NCBI GenBank assembly: GCA_951406725.2
Contig: OX597817.1
Span: 114,390,001-114,454,000, forward strand
DNA: 64,000 nucleotides
DNA from: Octopus vulgaris
Taxonomy: Eukaryota
Reading direction: 5' to 3'
Made by a program: the position numbers and the translations under genes. Shown in pieces: positions 38,863 to 52,519 of the stretch. The first letter of the stretch is position 1. The number at the start of each line of letters is the position of its first letter. The notes below the pieces were generated by a model that saw nothing but the letters and a program-made list of their open reading frames with translations, was not told the origin of the DNA and searched no databases.

Positions 38863-39172
38863 AAAATAGAAGGTGAAAATGCAATGCGAATAGTTAAAAT
38901 ATTTTTTATGAATATATTTGAAGCATTAACCGGTTTCACAGTTGACACCAGTTTTCAAAAAGTTTAAATAGAAAGACGTTTCTTATGTTGCAGCTGTCTT
39001 ACTTCTGACTAGTGTTTGAAATTTGCTCTGTTTTTATAGGGAGTTTATGGCTCAAATTAGCATATGTTTTGAATAGGATTTGGGTAGAGGATAGTCACAT
39101 TTTAACTATTCTCAGTGCATTTTCACTTTCTATTTTTCATATATTTCTACCCGCGTGAAATACAATAGCTTT

Positions 39173-39573
39173 CATCATCATCATCATCATTTAATATCTG
39201 CTTTCCATGCTGGCATGGGTTGGATGGTTTGACTGTGGGCTGGCAAGCCAGAAGGCTGCACCAACTCCAATCTGATCTGGCAAAGTTTCTACAGCTGAAT
39301 GCCCTTCCTAACACCACACGTGAAAAGCATTGGTGTGGGTACTGATGCCACTTAAAAAGTACTGGTAATGGTGCCACATGAAAAACACTCAGTACACTCT
39401 GTGGAGTGGTTGGCATTAGAAAGTGCATCCAGCTGTAGAAATCAAGCCAAAACAGACTATGGAACCCCGTGTGACCCCTGGCCTTACCAGTTCATGTCAA
39501 GCCATCCAACTCATGCCAGCATGGAAAACAGTTGTTAAAACAGTTGTTAAATGATGATGATGATGATGACGAT
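39173..39573. mobile_element. Two family D elements fused head-to-head
   Basis: (CAT)n..minus copy to ~39315, then a plus copy ending in (GAT)n. Confidence 0.85.
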
Positions 39574-40379
39574 ATATGATGGGCTTCCACACAGTTTCCC
39601 TCTATGAAATTCATTCACAAGTTATTGATCAGCCAAGGACTATAAAGACAGTTGCCCAAGGTGGTGTACAGTGGGACTGACCCTGAAACCACATCCATGC
39701 AAAGCGAGCTTCTTTCTAACATAATCAGGACTATTTATTTATATATATTTTTTTTGTCCTTTTGTTTTGTTTTTTCCCCCAGGTCAGTCCTGATCAAGCA
39801 GATCTGTGATTAAAAGAAAAATATTTTAGCAATGACTGTCCTGTGCAATTTTTAAGGCACAGTGCATCTATAATCATATTAACCAATGTGCATCTTTAAT
39901 TTATTTCTCCATTTACACAAGGGATTTGACTGCTATTTTTAGAAGGTTAAATTATCACATAGAAATTTTCTTATCTGCTGTTTTCTTATTTTTCTGAAGT
40001 CCTTGTTTCTTTTATTTTTGATTTGCAACATGAGGGAAGGAAAAAAAAACAAGGAAAAAAAAGCCCCCCAGACTTTTAATTAATTGCAAATTTGAATATT
40101 CTGTTAAATAGTTAGGATAGCAGAAACTAAGTTTCAAGAATCTTTTATATAGCTGGATGCCTGCAGAAAATGTATTAAACTAAGTAGTCTACTGTGGCAC
40201 CACATAGCGTTGTTATTGTGCACACCTGTAGAAAACAAATTGTGCAAATAAATAGAGTTGCATTTTGTTAGAGTTAAAACCAAATGATATGAGGCTTTTT
40301 TAAAAATATTTTTTATATTTTCTGAAATCATTGTCTATTTTATGTGATTTAAATTGGCTTGTAAATATGTTCTTACAAT

Positions 40380-40637
40380 ATAAGTGTGTTTGTGCATGTG
40401 TCTGTTTGTATATTGGTACACATATGTGTGTGGGTGTGTGTTTGTACATGTCTGTATATTGGTACGTCTGTGTGTGTATGTCTGTGTTTGTGCACACATT
40501 TGTATATTGATACGTGTGTGTGTGTGTTTGTATATACATCTGTATATTAGTACATGAGTGTGTGTGTGTGTTTTTACATGCATTTGTATATTGGTACTTG
40601 TGTGTGTGTGCATGTGTGTGTGTGTGTGTGTGTGTGT

Positions 40638-40672
<35 letters not shown>
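40380..40672. repeat. Compound (TG)n minisatellite with a recurring tgtatattggtac spacer
   Basis: Spacer recurs at ~40407, 40453, 40501, 40541 and 40585. Confidence 0.8.
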
Positions 40673-40674
<2 letters not shown>

Positions 40675-40714
40675 CAAATATCAGGTTTTAGATTTTTTAA
40701 ATTATAACTTTTTT

Positions 40715-41040
40715 CCTTATTTTTATACTTGATTCAGTCATTAAATTGTGGCCATGCTGGAGTACCGCCTCGAAGAATTTGTAGTCGAATGAATTAAACC
40801 CCAGTATTTTTTGCCTTTGAAGCTTGACACTTATTCTATTGGTCTCTCTTGCTGAACTGCTAAGTTACAGCAACGTAAGCACATCAACACTAGTTGTCAA
40901 ATGGTGCTTCCATACAGTTTGTCTCTTGAATTCACTCAAGGCATTCACTCAAGACACTTGCCCAAGGTGTTATGCAGTGGGACTGAACCTGAAACCGCAT
41001 CCTCGTAAAGTGGGTTTCTTAACCACACGGCTATGTCTCT
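40715..41040 (-). mobile_element. SINE family A
   Basis: Reverse match. Confidence 0.85.
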
Positions 41041-41096
41041 CAGACAAGAATATTCCTAATACCTAAATAGTATATTTCTGTATTTGGTTTACTTAA

Positions 41097-41608
41097 CCAT
41101 TTTTGCATTCAGATTTCTCTTCAGTGGTTAGAGCATTGGGCTCACAATCATGAAGTAGTGAGTTCAATTCTTGGATTGGGCTATGTGTTATGTTCTTGAG
41201 CAAGACACTTCATCTCATGTTGCTCCAGTTCACTCAGCTGTAGAAATGAGTTGTGATGTCACTGGTGCCAAGCTGTATTGGCCTTTGCCTTTCCTTTGGA
41301 TAAAATAAGTGGCATGGCAGTGGGAGACTGGTACGCATGGGCGACCGCTGGTCTTCTATAAACAGCCTTGCCCAGGCTTGTGCCTCAGAGAGGAACTTTC
41401 TAGGTACAATCCCATGGTCATTCATGACTGAAGGGGGTCTTTACCCTATTTTTACCCTGTAACCTTGAGATTTCAGTGCTGTGAGTCTTATTTTTATTTT
41501 TCAGACTCACATTGTAGGGTAGGTGTGAGATGCTGGATCTGGCCAGTTTGAACATAAAACAAAATAAATGAATTTGATGTATTATAGCTGGTGCAAAATA
41601 CTGAAGGG
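41097..41608. mobile_element. piggyBac-type MITE P1 interrupted by a SINE C
   Basis: ttaa-ccatttttgcattc ... ctgaaggg-ttaa; internal match to 31256-31475. Confidence 0.75.
41120..41445 (+). mobile_element. SINE family C
   Basis: Match to 37610-37933. Confidence 0.9.
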
Positions 41609-42158
41609 TTAACATGCAGTTTAGTTCTTTGGAGGTGATTCCTGCCACAAGAAAGAAAGGTTTACTATCATTTTCATTTGTTTCATTCCCTACATCCCCC
41701 AGCTCCATCTTATTTAGTCTTGTGGTCAGCAAACAACAACTAAACTGTCACCAACATATGAGCTTTTAAGCTTGCAGCCTGTGACTACTCACATTCTTCT
41801 GTTAAAATTGACTGACAAAGGAAAATGACAGTGTAGCTTGTATAAAAAAAAAGACAAAAATACCCAGAACAAAACAAAACAAAATAAAATTGTGCTACGT
41901 TCTGATGTGGTGATGAATAATGCATTTATTTATGTTGTATAATATTTTCTATGGGGTTCTAAAACTGTGTTATTTCAACATTATTTAGAAAAATGGGAAA
42001 ACTGTACATCTTCTAGCTTATAGTTAATATATTATTGAACACTTCTTCCCTGCACACCTTAAAGAAATTGTTAAAGCTTAGTCTCTTCCAAACATCATAG
42101 AATAAATATAGTCACAGCCAAACTCCAAGAACGAATACAATGTATGTCTATGTATATA

Positions 42159-43437
42159 TTGGGTCATCCCATAAATAATGCGGTTTTTGTATACTTCTTT
42201 TATTTTTCAAAATTAAAATAAAGTTCTTTTTTCATCTAAAATACACTCTCCTTCGTTTTCTACAATGCTCCTCCAGCTATCTGGTAGACTTGCAAGGCCC
42301 TCTTCCAAAATTCACTTGTCTGTGATGAAAAATTTTCCTCCAGTACTGTTCTGACCTCGTCTTCAGAATTCATATTTTTTCCATCCAAATGATTTCGAAG
42401 ACTGCGGAATAAATGATAATCAGATAGGGCAATGTCCGGTGAATATGGTGGGTGGGGCATCGTTTCCCATTCAAATTGGTCCAGCCTTTGGAATGTCATC
42501 CTTGCTGTATGTGGTCAAGCATTATCCTGAAGGAAGAACACCTTTTGTCTTGAAACCAAAGATGGTTGTTTTTCTTCTAGCGCTGACTTAAACCGCTCAA
42601 GCTGCTCGCAGTAGATCTCATCTGTTATCACTTGGTTGAGGCTTAAATGTTCAAAGTGAACTAAACATTGCATATCCCACCAAACAGATAACAACATTTT
42701 ATGTGGGTGAAAGCCTTCTTTAGCCTGGGGTGCTGGTGTTTCTCTTTTCCCTACCCACTGTCTTTGGCACTTAACATTTTTATAGAGAACCCATTTCTCA
42801 TCACCACTCACTATTTGGTCCAAACAAGGTTCATTTGTGAGACATAATAGCAAAGAAGAGTACACATTTACCCTCTGCATTCGATTAGACTTGGAAAGTT
42901 TGTAAGGAACCCATTGACCTAATTTGCTGACTTTTCCAATGGCATGGAGGTGTTGATGAATGGTTGAATGACCAAATCCAAGCTTCTCTGCTAGTTCCTC
43001 AACTTATGATGAGATTTTGTTCCTGCAGTTTTTGCAGGACATCCTCATCAAGTTCTACAGATCTTGCAGGACGAGGTTCATATTCTAGGCTGTAGTTTCT
43101 GGCCCAGAATTTCTGGAACCACCATCGACACAGGCTTATGCTTATCATCTGATCTTCATATGTTGCACCAATATTCCTTGCACTCTCTGCTGTGGTGTTG
43201 CCTTTATTGAACTCATGAAGTAAAATATGCCGAATATGCTCCTTTGTCACTTCTATTATAGTTTTGAAAAAATAGCTGTTAAAATTGAACTGCACTCTTC
43301 AAAACTTACACCAAGAATAAGGTTAGGTAAAATTACTACCTGCTTTTATTGTAAGTTGATGCAAGTAGTTTATCTTGTCCTTCTCTGATTTTTAGTTCAG
43401 GCAATTGAAAAACTGCATTATTTATTGGTTGACTTAA
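42159..43437 (-). mobile_element. Full-length mariner DNA transposon (1279 bp), inactive
   Basis: 30-bp TIRs ttgggtcatcccataaataatgcggttttt / aaaaactgcattatttattggttgacttaa; TA on both sides. Confidence 0.95.
42215..43257 (-). pseudogene. Mariner DD34D transposase pseudogene
   Basis: KEHIRHILLHEFNKG, WVPYKL, SGDEKW, LQDNA, HPPYSPDIALSDYHLF; in-frame stops, and the start ATG appears to be lost. Confidence 0.93.
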
Positions 43438-43932
43438 TATATGCCTGTGTTTATCCATCTCTTTTTTCTTTTCTCCTCCAGTCCCTCTCTTCCTTCCCTC
43501 TCTCATGTATTTGTATGTGTGTATGTATGAATCTATCTATCTGTCTGTCTCTCTGTCTGCTTTCTTTCTTGCTTGTCTATCTGTTCATCCATCCATCCCT
43601 GTTGATTCACCAGAAGTGAGGAATTTATAAGACTCAATACAAATGTAGAATATTCTTTAATACATCATAATGGAAAGGCTCTGATTTCCAATACTCAGAG
43701 TTACTTGGTTCTGATCATGAACTAATGAACTGATCCTGCTTTTCTGTTGAAATATTCACTGAAATATGAAATGAAAGTTTGAAGAAGACACTTATCTCTA
43801 TATTATACACTGGCACTTTGATGGTTATGATGACAGATGTTCCAGTTGATCTGATCAACAGAAGAGTCTGCTTGTGAAATTAATATGCAAATAGCTGAGC
43901 ACTCCACAAACATGCATCCCTTTAATGTAGTT

Positions 43933-44638
43933 CATCATCATCATCGCTTAACATCCGTTTCCCATGCTAGCATGGGTTGGATGGTTCAACCAGGGTATGG
44001 GAAGCCAGGAGGCTGCACCGGGCTCCAGTCTGATCTGGCAGTGTTTCTACAGCGGGATTCCCTTCCTAATGCCAATCACTCCGTGAATGTAGTGGGTGCT
44101 TTTTACATGCCACCAGCATGGGCCAGAGGAGGCTGGCAACGGCCACAATCGGTTGGTGCTTTTTACATGCCACTGGCACAGAAGCCAATCAAGGTGATGC
44201 TTGCATCAGCCAGGTTCAGATGGTGCTTTTTATGTGCCACTGGCATACGTATCACTACTACAATTTCCATTTGATTATCATTTAGATGTTGATGTACTTG
44301 ACTCAATAGGTCTCCTCAAGCACAGCAGGTCGTTCTACTGTCGAAGGTACTTTTGAATGAGCTGGGGCTGGTTATGTGAAACTGGTGTAGGATACAGCCG
44401 TGAACTCACTTTATTCGCCGGGTCTTCACACTCACAGCATATCTCCAGAGGTCTCAGTCTTTTGTCATTGAGCACCTCATCCCATGTCTTCCTGGGTCAA
44501 CCTCTACCCCAGATTCCTTCAATTGTTTGGTAGTGGCATTTCTTCACACATTTCTCCTCATCCCTCCATAGTACATGACCATACAAGTGCAAACATCTCT
44601 CTTGCACACCACATCCTATGCTTCTTATGTTCAACATT
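43933..44638 (-). mobile_element. RTE LINE 3' end / family D, inserted in a SINE relic
   Basis: (CAT)n tail, internal minisatellite, minus-strand peptide GVQERCLHLYGHVLWRDEEKCVKKC. Confidence 0.85.
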
Positions 44639-44639
44639 C

Positions 44640-44833
44640 TAAGGGAAATTCAGCATGACAAAATGTGACAAGGCTGGCCCTTTGAATTACAGGTACGATT
44701 CATTTTTGCTACTTGAGTGGACTGGAACAACATGAGGTAAAGTGTTTTGCTCAAGGATACAAAACACTACCAGTAATCGAACTGATGACCTTACAATTGT
44801 GAACTGAATACACTGACCACTAAGCCATGCGCC
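44640..44833 (-). mobile_element. tRNA-derived SINE related to family C (head)
   Basis: Reverse reads ggcgcatggcttagtggtcag...ccttgagcaaaacacttt. Confidence 0.75.
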
Positions 44834-44849
44834 TTTATTACATTACATA

Positions 44850-45075
44850 TCCTACAGTCTGGCTGACCATTAGGGCACTTCTGATGACCTGGCCAAATCC
44901 ATCCATCCATCTCTGTCTTCTGCTTTTTGCACTGTGTCTCTCATCTTTAGGCCTGTCCACTCACAGATGTTTTCCCAGCTCTTTAAGCCACTGCATCTGC
45001 CACCTTTGACTGTTCCCTGAGGAATTGTTTTGGCCATCCCTGATGAATGGGTGACATTCCCAAACCACCAGAGCT
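44850..45075 (-). mobile_element. RTE LINE 3' end
   Basis: KLWWFGNVTHSSGMAKTIPQGTVKG...WENICEWTGL...AEDRDGW. Confidence 0.8.
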
Positions 45076-45327
45076 TGTGTTTCTTTACTGGTGCCCTATT
45101 GTTTGTCTTCTTCTTTTCACCTTTATGTTGTTCTTTAAAAACAAGAACCCTTGTGAGTGGCATGTGTAAAAATGGCTCCTTCAGGTTCATGTTTTTGATT
45201 TCATTTCTTGTTTTTCATGGGAATATTCTAAACATCTTATGCTTCATAGAAGTGAATTCACTCTCACAAGTTTCCTCATGAAATTGTATTCAATTAGTAA
45301 TGAATGTTTCAATTAGTATTTTTAAAC

Positions 45328-45368
<41 letters not shown>

Positions 45369-45650
45369 TGTGTGCGTGTGTGTGCGTGTGTGTGCGTGTT
45401 TGTTTCTGTCTCCTTGTCTTGACATTTGGTAATTGTAAATGGTTGTCTTTGTTTCCAGTATTCTGCGTAAGCATGTCTGGTCAGCAGGGAAACATTTGAA
45501 ATATTCCCTGACTAGGAAACAAGCTAAGGGTTGGTGACAAGAAAGGCATCTAGTTATAGAAAACCTGCCTCAGTAAACTCTGTCCAATGCATGCAAGCCT
45601 GGAAATGTGGATGTTAAAATGATGATGATGTGTGTGCGCGCGCATGTGCA

Positions 45651-45688
<38 letters not shown>

Positions 45689-46054
45689 TGTGAGTGAGAA
45701 TGTGAAGGCACATGGCTTTATGCTTAGAGTGTTTGGCTCATGATCATAAGGTCATATCTTCAATGTTTGCACCAGGCAGCATTTTGTGTCTTTGGGTGAG
45801 GAACTTCATTTCATGTTTATCCCAGTCTACTCAGCTGTAAATGAGTACCAACCATGTGCAATACAGCTCTCTCACTTCCAGCTGTTATATTTTAAATGTT
45901 CAGCTGGATCAGGGTTGGAAGGGCCATGAGGATGTCTATGTGTACTCATGACTACATAGGCACCTAAAACATTTTGTGAAAGCATAGTGTATGCTATCAA
46001 GACGTACTTGTGAGTGATGGCTGGCTTTACATGTATATTTGTTTAATATCCTCT

Positions 46055-46240
46055 CTATTATAGACACAAGGTCTGAAATCTTGCAGGAGGGGATTAGTCT
46101 CTTACATCAACCCCAGTGCTCAACTGACACTCATTTCATTGACCCTGAAAGAATGAATGGCAAAGTTGACCTCAGTGGAATTTGAACTCAGAACAGAATG
46201 GTTGATGAAATGCTGCTAAGCTTTTTGTCCAGCATGCTAT
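46055..46240 (-). mobile_element. SINE family B variant
   Basis: Reverse match to 38521-38745. Confidence 0.8.
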
Positions 46241-47063
46241 AGCAGATGACAAGCAATGGAATAATTAATTGCTGGTTCTCAGTAGGCCAATTACTGGTTC
46301 ACATACACCTTGATACTAAAAGTATCTAGGGAGTGTTTGTATCTCGGTGTGGAGCAAAAATCACAAGGGACTTCTAGAAGCAATATTTACATTCTTTTAC
46401 ATCAGTAAAAGACACATGTACTCACAAACATGCACACATGTGTGTGTGTGTGCATGTACGTGTGTGTGTGTGTGTGTATAAAAGCATATATATGTAAGAA
46501 AAATACTCAGTTGTTCAACAACTAAGAGAGTTAATGTTTATTGCATCTATATTCTACTTCTTCCCTCTTAATTTTGTCTTTTCCTTCTTTGGCCCTCAAC
46601 TCCTTTCTTTCTCCCTTACATTTTCCTTTCTACATACCATAATGAATCATCATAAATAATTAATACTTTACTGTTTATTTGTTATTGTTCTTTTAATCAT
46701 TACGTTTTTGCTTCAATTTTATTTCACTCTACAGGTTTTTGCTCACATGTGATGTTTTGAATTTTAATTTGTCATTTTGTCTTTTTTTTCTCTCAGCTTC
46801 CATCACTAAGTTTTATGTGACAACAAGCTGTTTTCTATATATTTTTTTTTGTTATAGCACTTCTTGTACTCTCCTTAGGCAGCAAATATGTTGTTGTTGT
46901 TGTTGCTGTTCTTCTTCTTCTTCTTCTTCTTCAGTGCGAATGTTAGAAAATCACATTGCATAACCTTCTAGCTTGTACATATATATCCTACCCACATCTA
47001 CATATTCATCGCATTTCCGCAATCATCAACAGTTTTGGAGAATATAGAACTTAAAGAGCACAG

Positions 47064-47097
<34 letters not shown>

Positions 47098-47225
47098 CAA
47101 GAAAATAAGGAACAAACATACAAAATGAAAACATGAATATATATATGTATATGAATGAATGAATTATTGTGGAATATTGCATAATCACTTCCAGATAACC
47201 ATCAGCAAATTATCTATCTACCTAT

Positions 47226-47264
<39 letters not shown>

Positions 47265-47480
47265 CACACATACATATACACATATACATATGTGTATGTA
47301 TATATACACACACACACATTTATCTATATAAATATATATACATATATGTACATGCATACGTATATACATACACAAACACACACATATACATATATACATA
47401 CACACACTCACACACACACATTTGTGTATGTGTGTGTGTACATCTATTTATGTATCTATCTATCTATGTGTGTGTGTATG

Positions 47481-47518
<38 letters not shown>

Positions 47519-47584
47519 TCTGTGTAGAATACATTCACACATACACATATAAATATATATACAAATATACATACTGACATACAC

Positions 47585-47649
<65 letters not shown>

Positions 47650-48075
47650 TATATATATATAGAAATAGTCAAAAAACAAAAACAATCATATTAATAGGCT
47701 GAATGTTGCATAATCATTTCTATTCTCTATCTGTTGGGTTCCAAATTCTATCTACTACATTTTGTTTTTTCCTTTTTTTTGGTTATATAATTGCCGTTTC
47801 CTGTCCTCTGCTTACTCCTTCTCCTCCTCTTCGCCCCTGCCTTCCCTCTACAATAGATGGCCATCACTGCAAGTCATTCATTAATTGTAATAGAGTCTAC
47901 CTTGCTGCTGCTGCTGCTTCTGCTGTTGTTGTTGCTGCTGTTGTTGTTGTTGTTGATGTTGTTGTAAGTCAATGAGTATAGTACCTTGCCATATCCTATC
48001 ATTACCAATATGTTTCTATATATATGGTTTGCCTTCTTCTTTGTAGTAATAAGGTCTTTTTTGTTTCGTTGGTTG

Positions 48076-48114
<39 letters not shown>

Positions 48115-48629
48115 TGTGTGTATGTGTGTTTGTACTTGTTTCTATTTTTTTTTTTCTTGTTTTAAACAATCTTTCTTCCTTTTTTGCGTGGTATAATGAA
48201 TTTCATTCTGTGATGAGAAATGATTCATGATTGCAAGATTGTTTATAGGTATATGTGTGTGTGTATCTATATGCATGTATGTGTGTGTGTATCTATATGC
48301 ATGTATGTGTGTGTGTATATCTATCTACATATGATGATGATGATGATATATATGTAGATAGATATACACATGCATATTTATATGTTTCTCTGGGTGTGTG
48401 CATGTGTGTGTGTGTATGTAATATATTTCTTTCTTCTCCTCTTCCTGTCTCACCAGCCTTGGAACTGGTAGATGACCAGAGATGAGAGAAGTGGGTTCTT
48501 GCACTGCCTATCAGTGTCTAAGCATTTATTCACCCTTGGCTCCTTTTCTTTTTGCCTTTTTTTTTGTTTGTTTGGTTGCCCTCACTCCTTTACTTCTACT
48601 TCTCCCCTACCAGACACAACCACCACCAC

Positions 48630-48660
<31 letters not shown>

Positions 48661-48928
48661 ATATATATTTGAAAAATGTATACTCATATATATAAATACA
48701 CATACACACATATATGCCATTATATATATACTTACAAATTGAGACAGGGGTTGTAAATGCAACCCTCCATGGGATAACATATATCCAATATACTGCTAGT
48801 GAAGTACCCAACAAAGTTAATACATAAATGTTAAGAATTGCAATACAATCAATTCATTTATTGTATTATATGGGCAAAGGTAAAATGTTTTACCACAAAT
48901 TCATAATACAAAATAAGAAAATGGAGAA

Positions 48929-48962
<34 letters not shown>

Positions 48963-49452
48963 CATAATTTCTGTCTCTGACAGTTTCTTTCTATTCACGA
49001 CTATCCGTCTGTCTTTCTGTCTGCTTTATTCTGCACTCAATGATTTTATGCCATTCAGGCATGTAAATATATAGTTGAACTAATTTAAATCCCTCTCTGC
49101 CATCATCGTTAACTGTTTTACATGAGTTTCTGCTGCACCACAATGTGCGCATCCTCTGTAGTATTGAACTGCAATATGGACAGCATTTTGTTTTTTTTAT
49201 GATGGGTCAAAAATTATGTTTATGTCAGTGTTTATATACTCTTCTGTTTTCCTTTAATGAAGGATTTGTTTTGTGTGTTCTCAAGTTATTATAGTGCTTT
49301 GTCGCTTTGTTTTGTATAATGTATGCAATATGAATTGTGATATTTTCTTGGGTGATTATCATATTTCATGTGTGTTGCATAAGTTCTGAGTTGTTTTATC
49401 TGTTTCAGATTCTGGTGATGAGTGTGTTGAATATGTGTTATCTGAACTGTGT

Positions 49453-49668
49453 TGGTGAACCAGCAGAATTGTTAGCACTCTGGGCAAAATACTTGGTAGT
49501 ATTTCATCTAGCTTTAGGTTCTGAGTTCAAATTCTGCCATGGTTGATTTTGTTTTTCATCCTTTCAAGGTCGATAAAATAAGTACCAGTCGAGTACTGGG
49601 ATCACTATAAACAATTTACTCCCTACCTCAAAACTGCTGGCTTTGTGCCAAAATTTGAAATCAATGTT
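49453..49668 (+). mobile_element. SINE family B variant
   Basis: Forward match to 38521-38745. Confidence 0.85.
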
Positions 49669-50784
49669 AGATGGACAGTGGCTGTGAGTAGATGCGGTAT
49701 ACATTTACTTAGTTCAGAAGAACAAAGGGTGTTGTAATAGCAGAGAAGAGAAAAAGAAGAAAGTGGCGATAGAGGTAGTCTTTTGATGAGTGGGTTTATC
49801 AAATCAGTGTGATGATCATTTGTGAGATGCAGTGTCATGTGTGTGCATGCATGTGTGTGTGTGTGCATGCACGTGAGTGTGTGCATGGCACCAGCAACAA
49901 CATGCACCCTAAATGTGGAGCAGTATGTCATTGTGGGTTTTACTTGGAATCTGTAGAGAATAAGTAACCGATCAAAGCTGAAGTATTCTGAACCCTGAAG
50001 AGCAAGGTTAATCTGTGGAATGCGGTAATTTTTTGTTCATTTGTTGTAGTATTATACATGGGAAATCTCTTGGAAAAGGTCAACAAGGGCTTTAAGGTCT
50101 ATTATTTAAAAACACTTTGAGACTTTTATAATTCCTTGTTGTCCAAGGCTAGAGAGATAGGTTCTCTGAATTGCTTCCTTGATATAAACACTAGTAGATA
50201 GTGACTGTATATGATATATTTAATGTGGAATGGCCAGATGAACACAAGCCATCAGGCATAGTATATAATTAAAACCAGTGTCTGAATCAAAGTACATGAC
50301 AGACTGAGGTTGGCAGGAACTCTGATTTTCGGCCAAGCACTTCAGTATCTTCTCCAGCAGTACAGCAATGCGAAGTAATAAATCACTTCCTAATTTTTAC
50401 AGCACTAAGTTGTTCCTACCTTATAATAGCAATATAGATGGTGTAATATGACTAGACAGATTACACCACCCATGTAACAATCTGCTTGTTCATTCACTTG
50501 TTATACATTAGTTAGTTAGAGAGGTGGTGGTGGAGTGAGAGAGAGTTGTGAAGAAAGAAGAGAGGAAGTAGAGAAGGATGATTAATATTAATACACTTAG
50601 GCCAAATGGTCATATGGTCAGCTGAAGGTGGAGGTGAAGAACAAGAGAAAAAGATGATGAGAGAAAAAGGAGAGAGAAGTGTTAACAATCTGCAGTGGGG
50701 TAGGGAAGGAATACTTATTGCATGCTTAAAAAGTTAGCTGACTGCAAAGGTAGATAGAGAGAGATGGGCAGGAGAGGCAGTTAT

Positions 50785-50827
<43 letters not shown>

Positions 50828-52002
50828 CAGGCAGATAACAGTGGTGGTAGTTGTGATGTGTTGCTAGTACAGAGTATTTGTTTTTATTGAACTAATTTGT
50901 TTTTTTTATAGTGACCATTGCACATGCATAAATGCAGTTATTTATCATCTGCTCACTTAAAAATTTGATATTTGTTTATAAGGGTTAATTTAGCCTAAAT
51001 TCTGGATTTGGAAGAAACACAGCTGCAAGTTGCCTGAGAAAGGATGCACAGATATAGAGCATGGATCAGAGAGGAACAGCAAAAAGATAAAATAAAAAGA
51101 GGAAAAAGATGACACCGACGGTGACGTGAAGAAATAGATGTAGATTGAATGTCAAGAATATTCAAAGAAAGCTAAACTATGAATGCTATAAAAATGGAAA
51201 TCATCCTTTCTTTCTTAAATAGGTCCTCTTATTTTTTCCATTTCATGGAATTTCCATGGGTCCCACTAGTGTGACAGTCAACTGACTTAACAATGGACAC
51301 AAAACTGTACTCTTTACAAGATACAAACTGCTAATCGCTGGGATGATTGTCTTGTACTATATACACTCAGCTATTAATCCCCTCTGTTGTTTATCTTTAT
51401 GGCTTAGAGTTTAAGAAAAAATGTTAAATCCATTATTTTGGTCAGATTTGAAAAAAAAAATGCTATTTTGTTCGTTTTTGAAGTGTTGTTGCTATTTTTA
51501 AATATTTCACATTAAGGCCTGAAGATTATCAATAAATTTAAATCAACTATTCATTATTAGGTCTTGTTTGAATAATCTCTCTCTCTGTTTTTTAAATTAC
51601 CTTTGGCAAAGTTGCTGTCTGTATTAAAATATTTATTAATATGTATTTTGGTTTGCCACCTGTGAATTCTTGTTATACTTTAAGGTAGTGTTTTGTTAAA
51701 ATTTTATTTTAAATTCCTTGGAACACTGAAGTCTTGTTTTAAGTTTTCAGATTAGTATTCAACTGTTATTTGATGTTATAAATGCATAATGATTGATACA
51801 GTGGCAGGAGTTCACTAATTTGTAGGTGAGGGGAGTTCCAGTTGATTTTAATTTGAAATTAGTTATATTGACATTAGAGGGATGGAAAGTAAGCATTGAG
51901 TTCCAAATACTTCATCAATGTCATCACCATTTTTTCCATGCTGGCACGGGTGGGATTAGATTTAAAGAGGCAGAATTCTATGACCAGATGTCCTTCCTAT
52001 CT

Positions 52003-52442
52003 ACTACTTACTTACTTACTACTTAGGGCCTTTGCTCCCTATGGACCAGCATTGACTTCTCTCTACTCTTCTCAATTCTGGGTTATCTTATCTGCTTCTT
52101 TCCAGTTGGGCCCTCCCTTTATCAACTCTGCTTCAATATCCTTTCAGATTTTACTGCACCACATCATATATTTCCCTGAAGAAAGGCTTTCCTCTCTTAG
52201 ATCTTGTTAGAACTGAATTGTCATCAGTGTTTCTGTTACTTTGATTTTTGTTTTAGGTAGGGGTATTGACCCAACACAAATCCATTTTTTTTTATCTCTG
52301 AGAAGAGATGGTCCATTTTAGTCTGGCCCCTACCCTTTGACCTGTCTGGCATGGGATACCCAACAAAGAGCTTGCGCTACTCTGCTAGCATAGCTCTTAG
52401 GATCAGTAAGGCTCACAGGCCTCCAAACTGCAACAAGGACTG
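52003..52442 (-). mobile_element. Bipartite non-autonomous RTE element (Expander/Rex3-like 5' UTR joined to a 3' end with a (TAAG)n tail)
   Basis: Minus strand ccttg...gatcctaagagctatgc...tcccatgccagacaggtcaaagggtagggg; (CTTA)n at 52003-52026. Confidence 0.65.
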
Positions 52443-52519
52443 ATTCTTGTGGTGGGTACTTCCTTTCCCCAACCCTTCTTTGTTTTTCAAGTAATGTATT
52501 TTTTATTCCGCTAGTTTTC

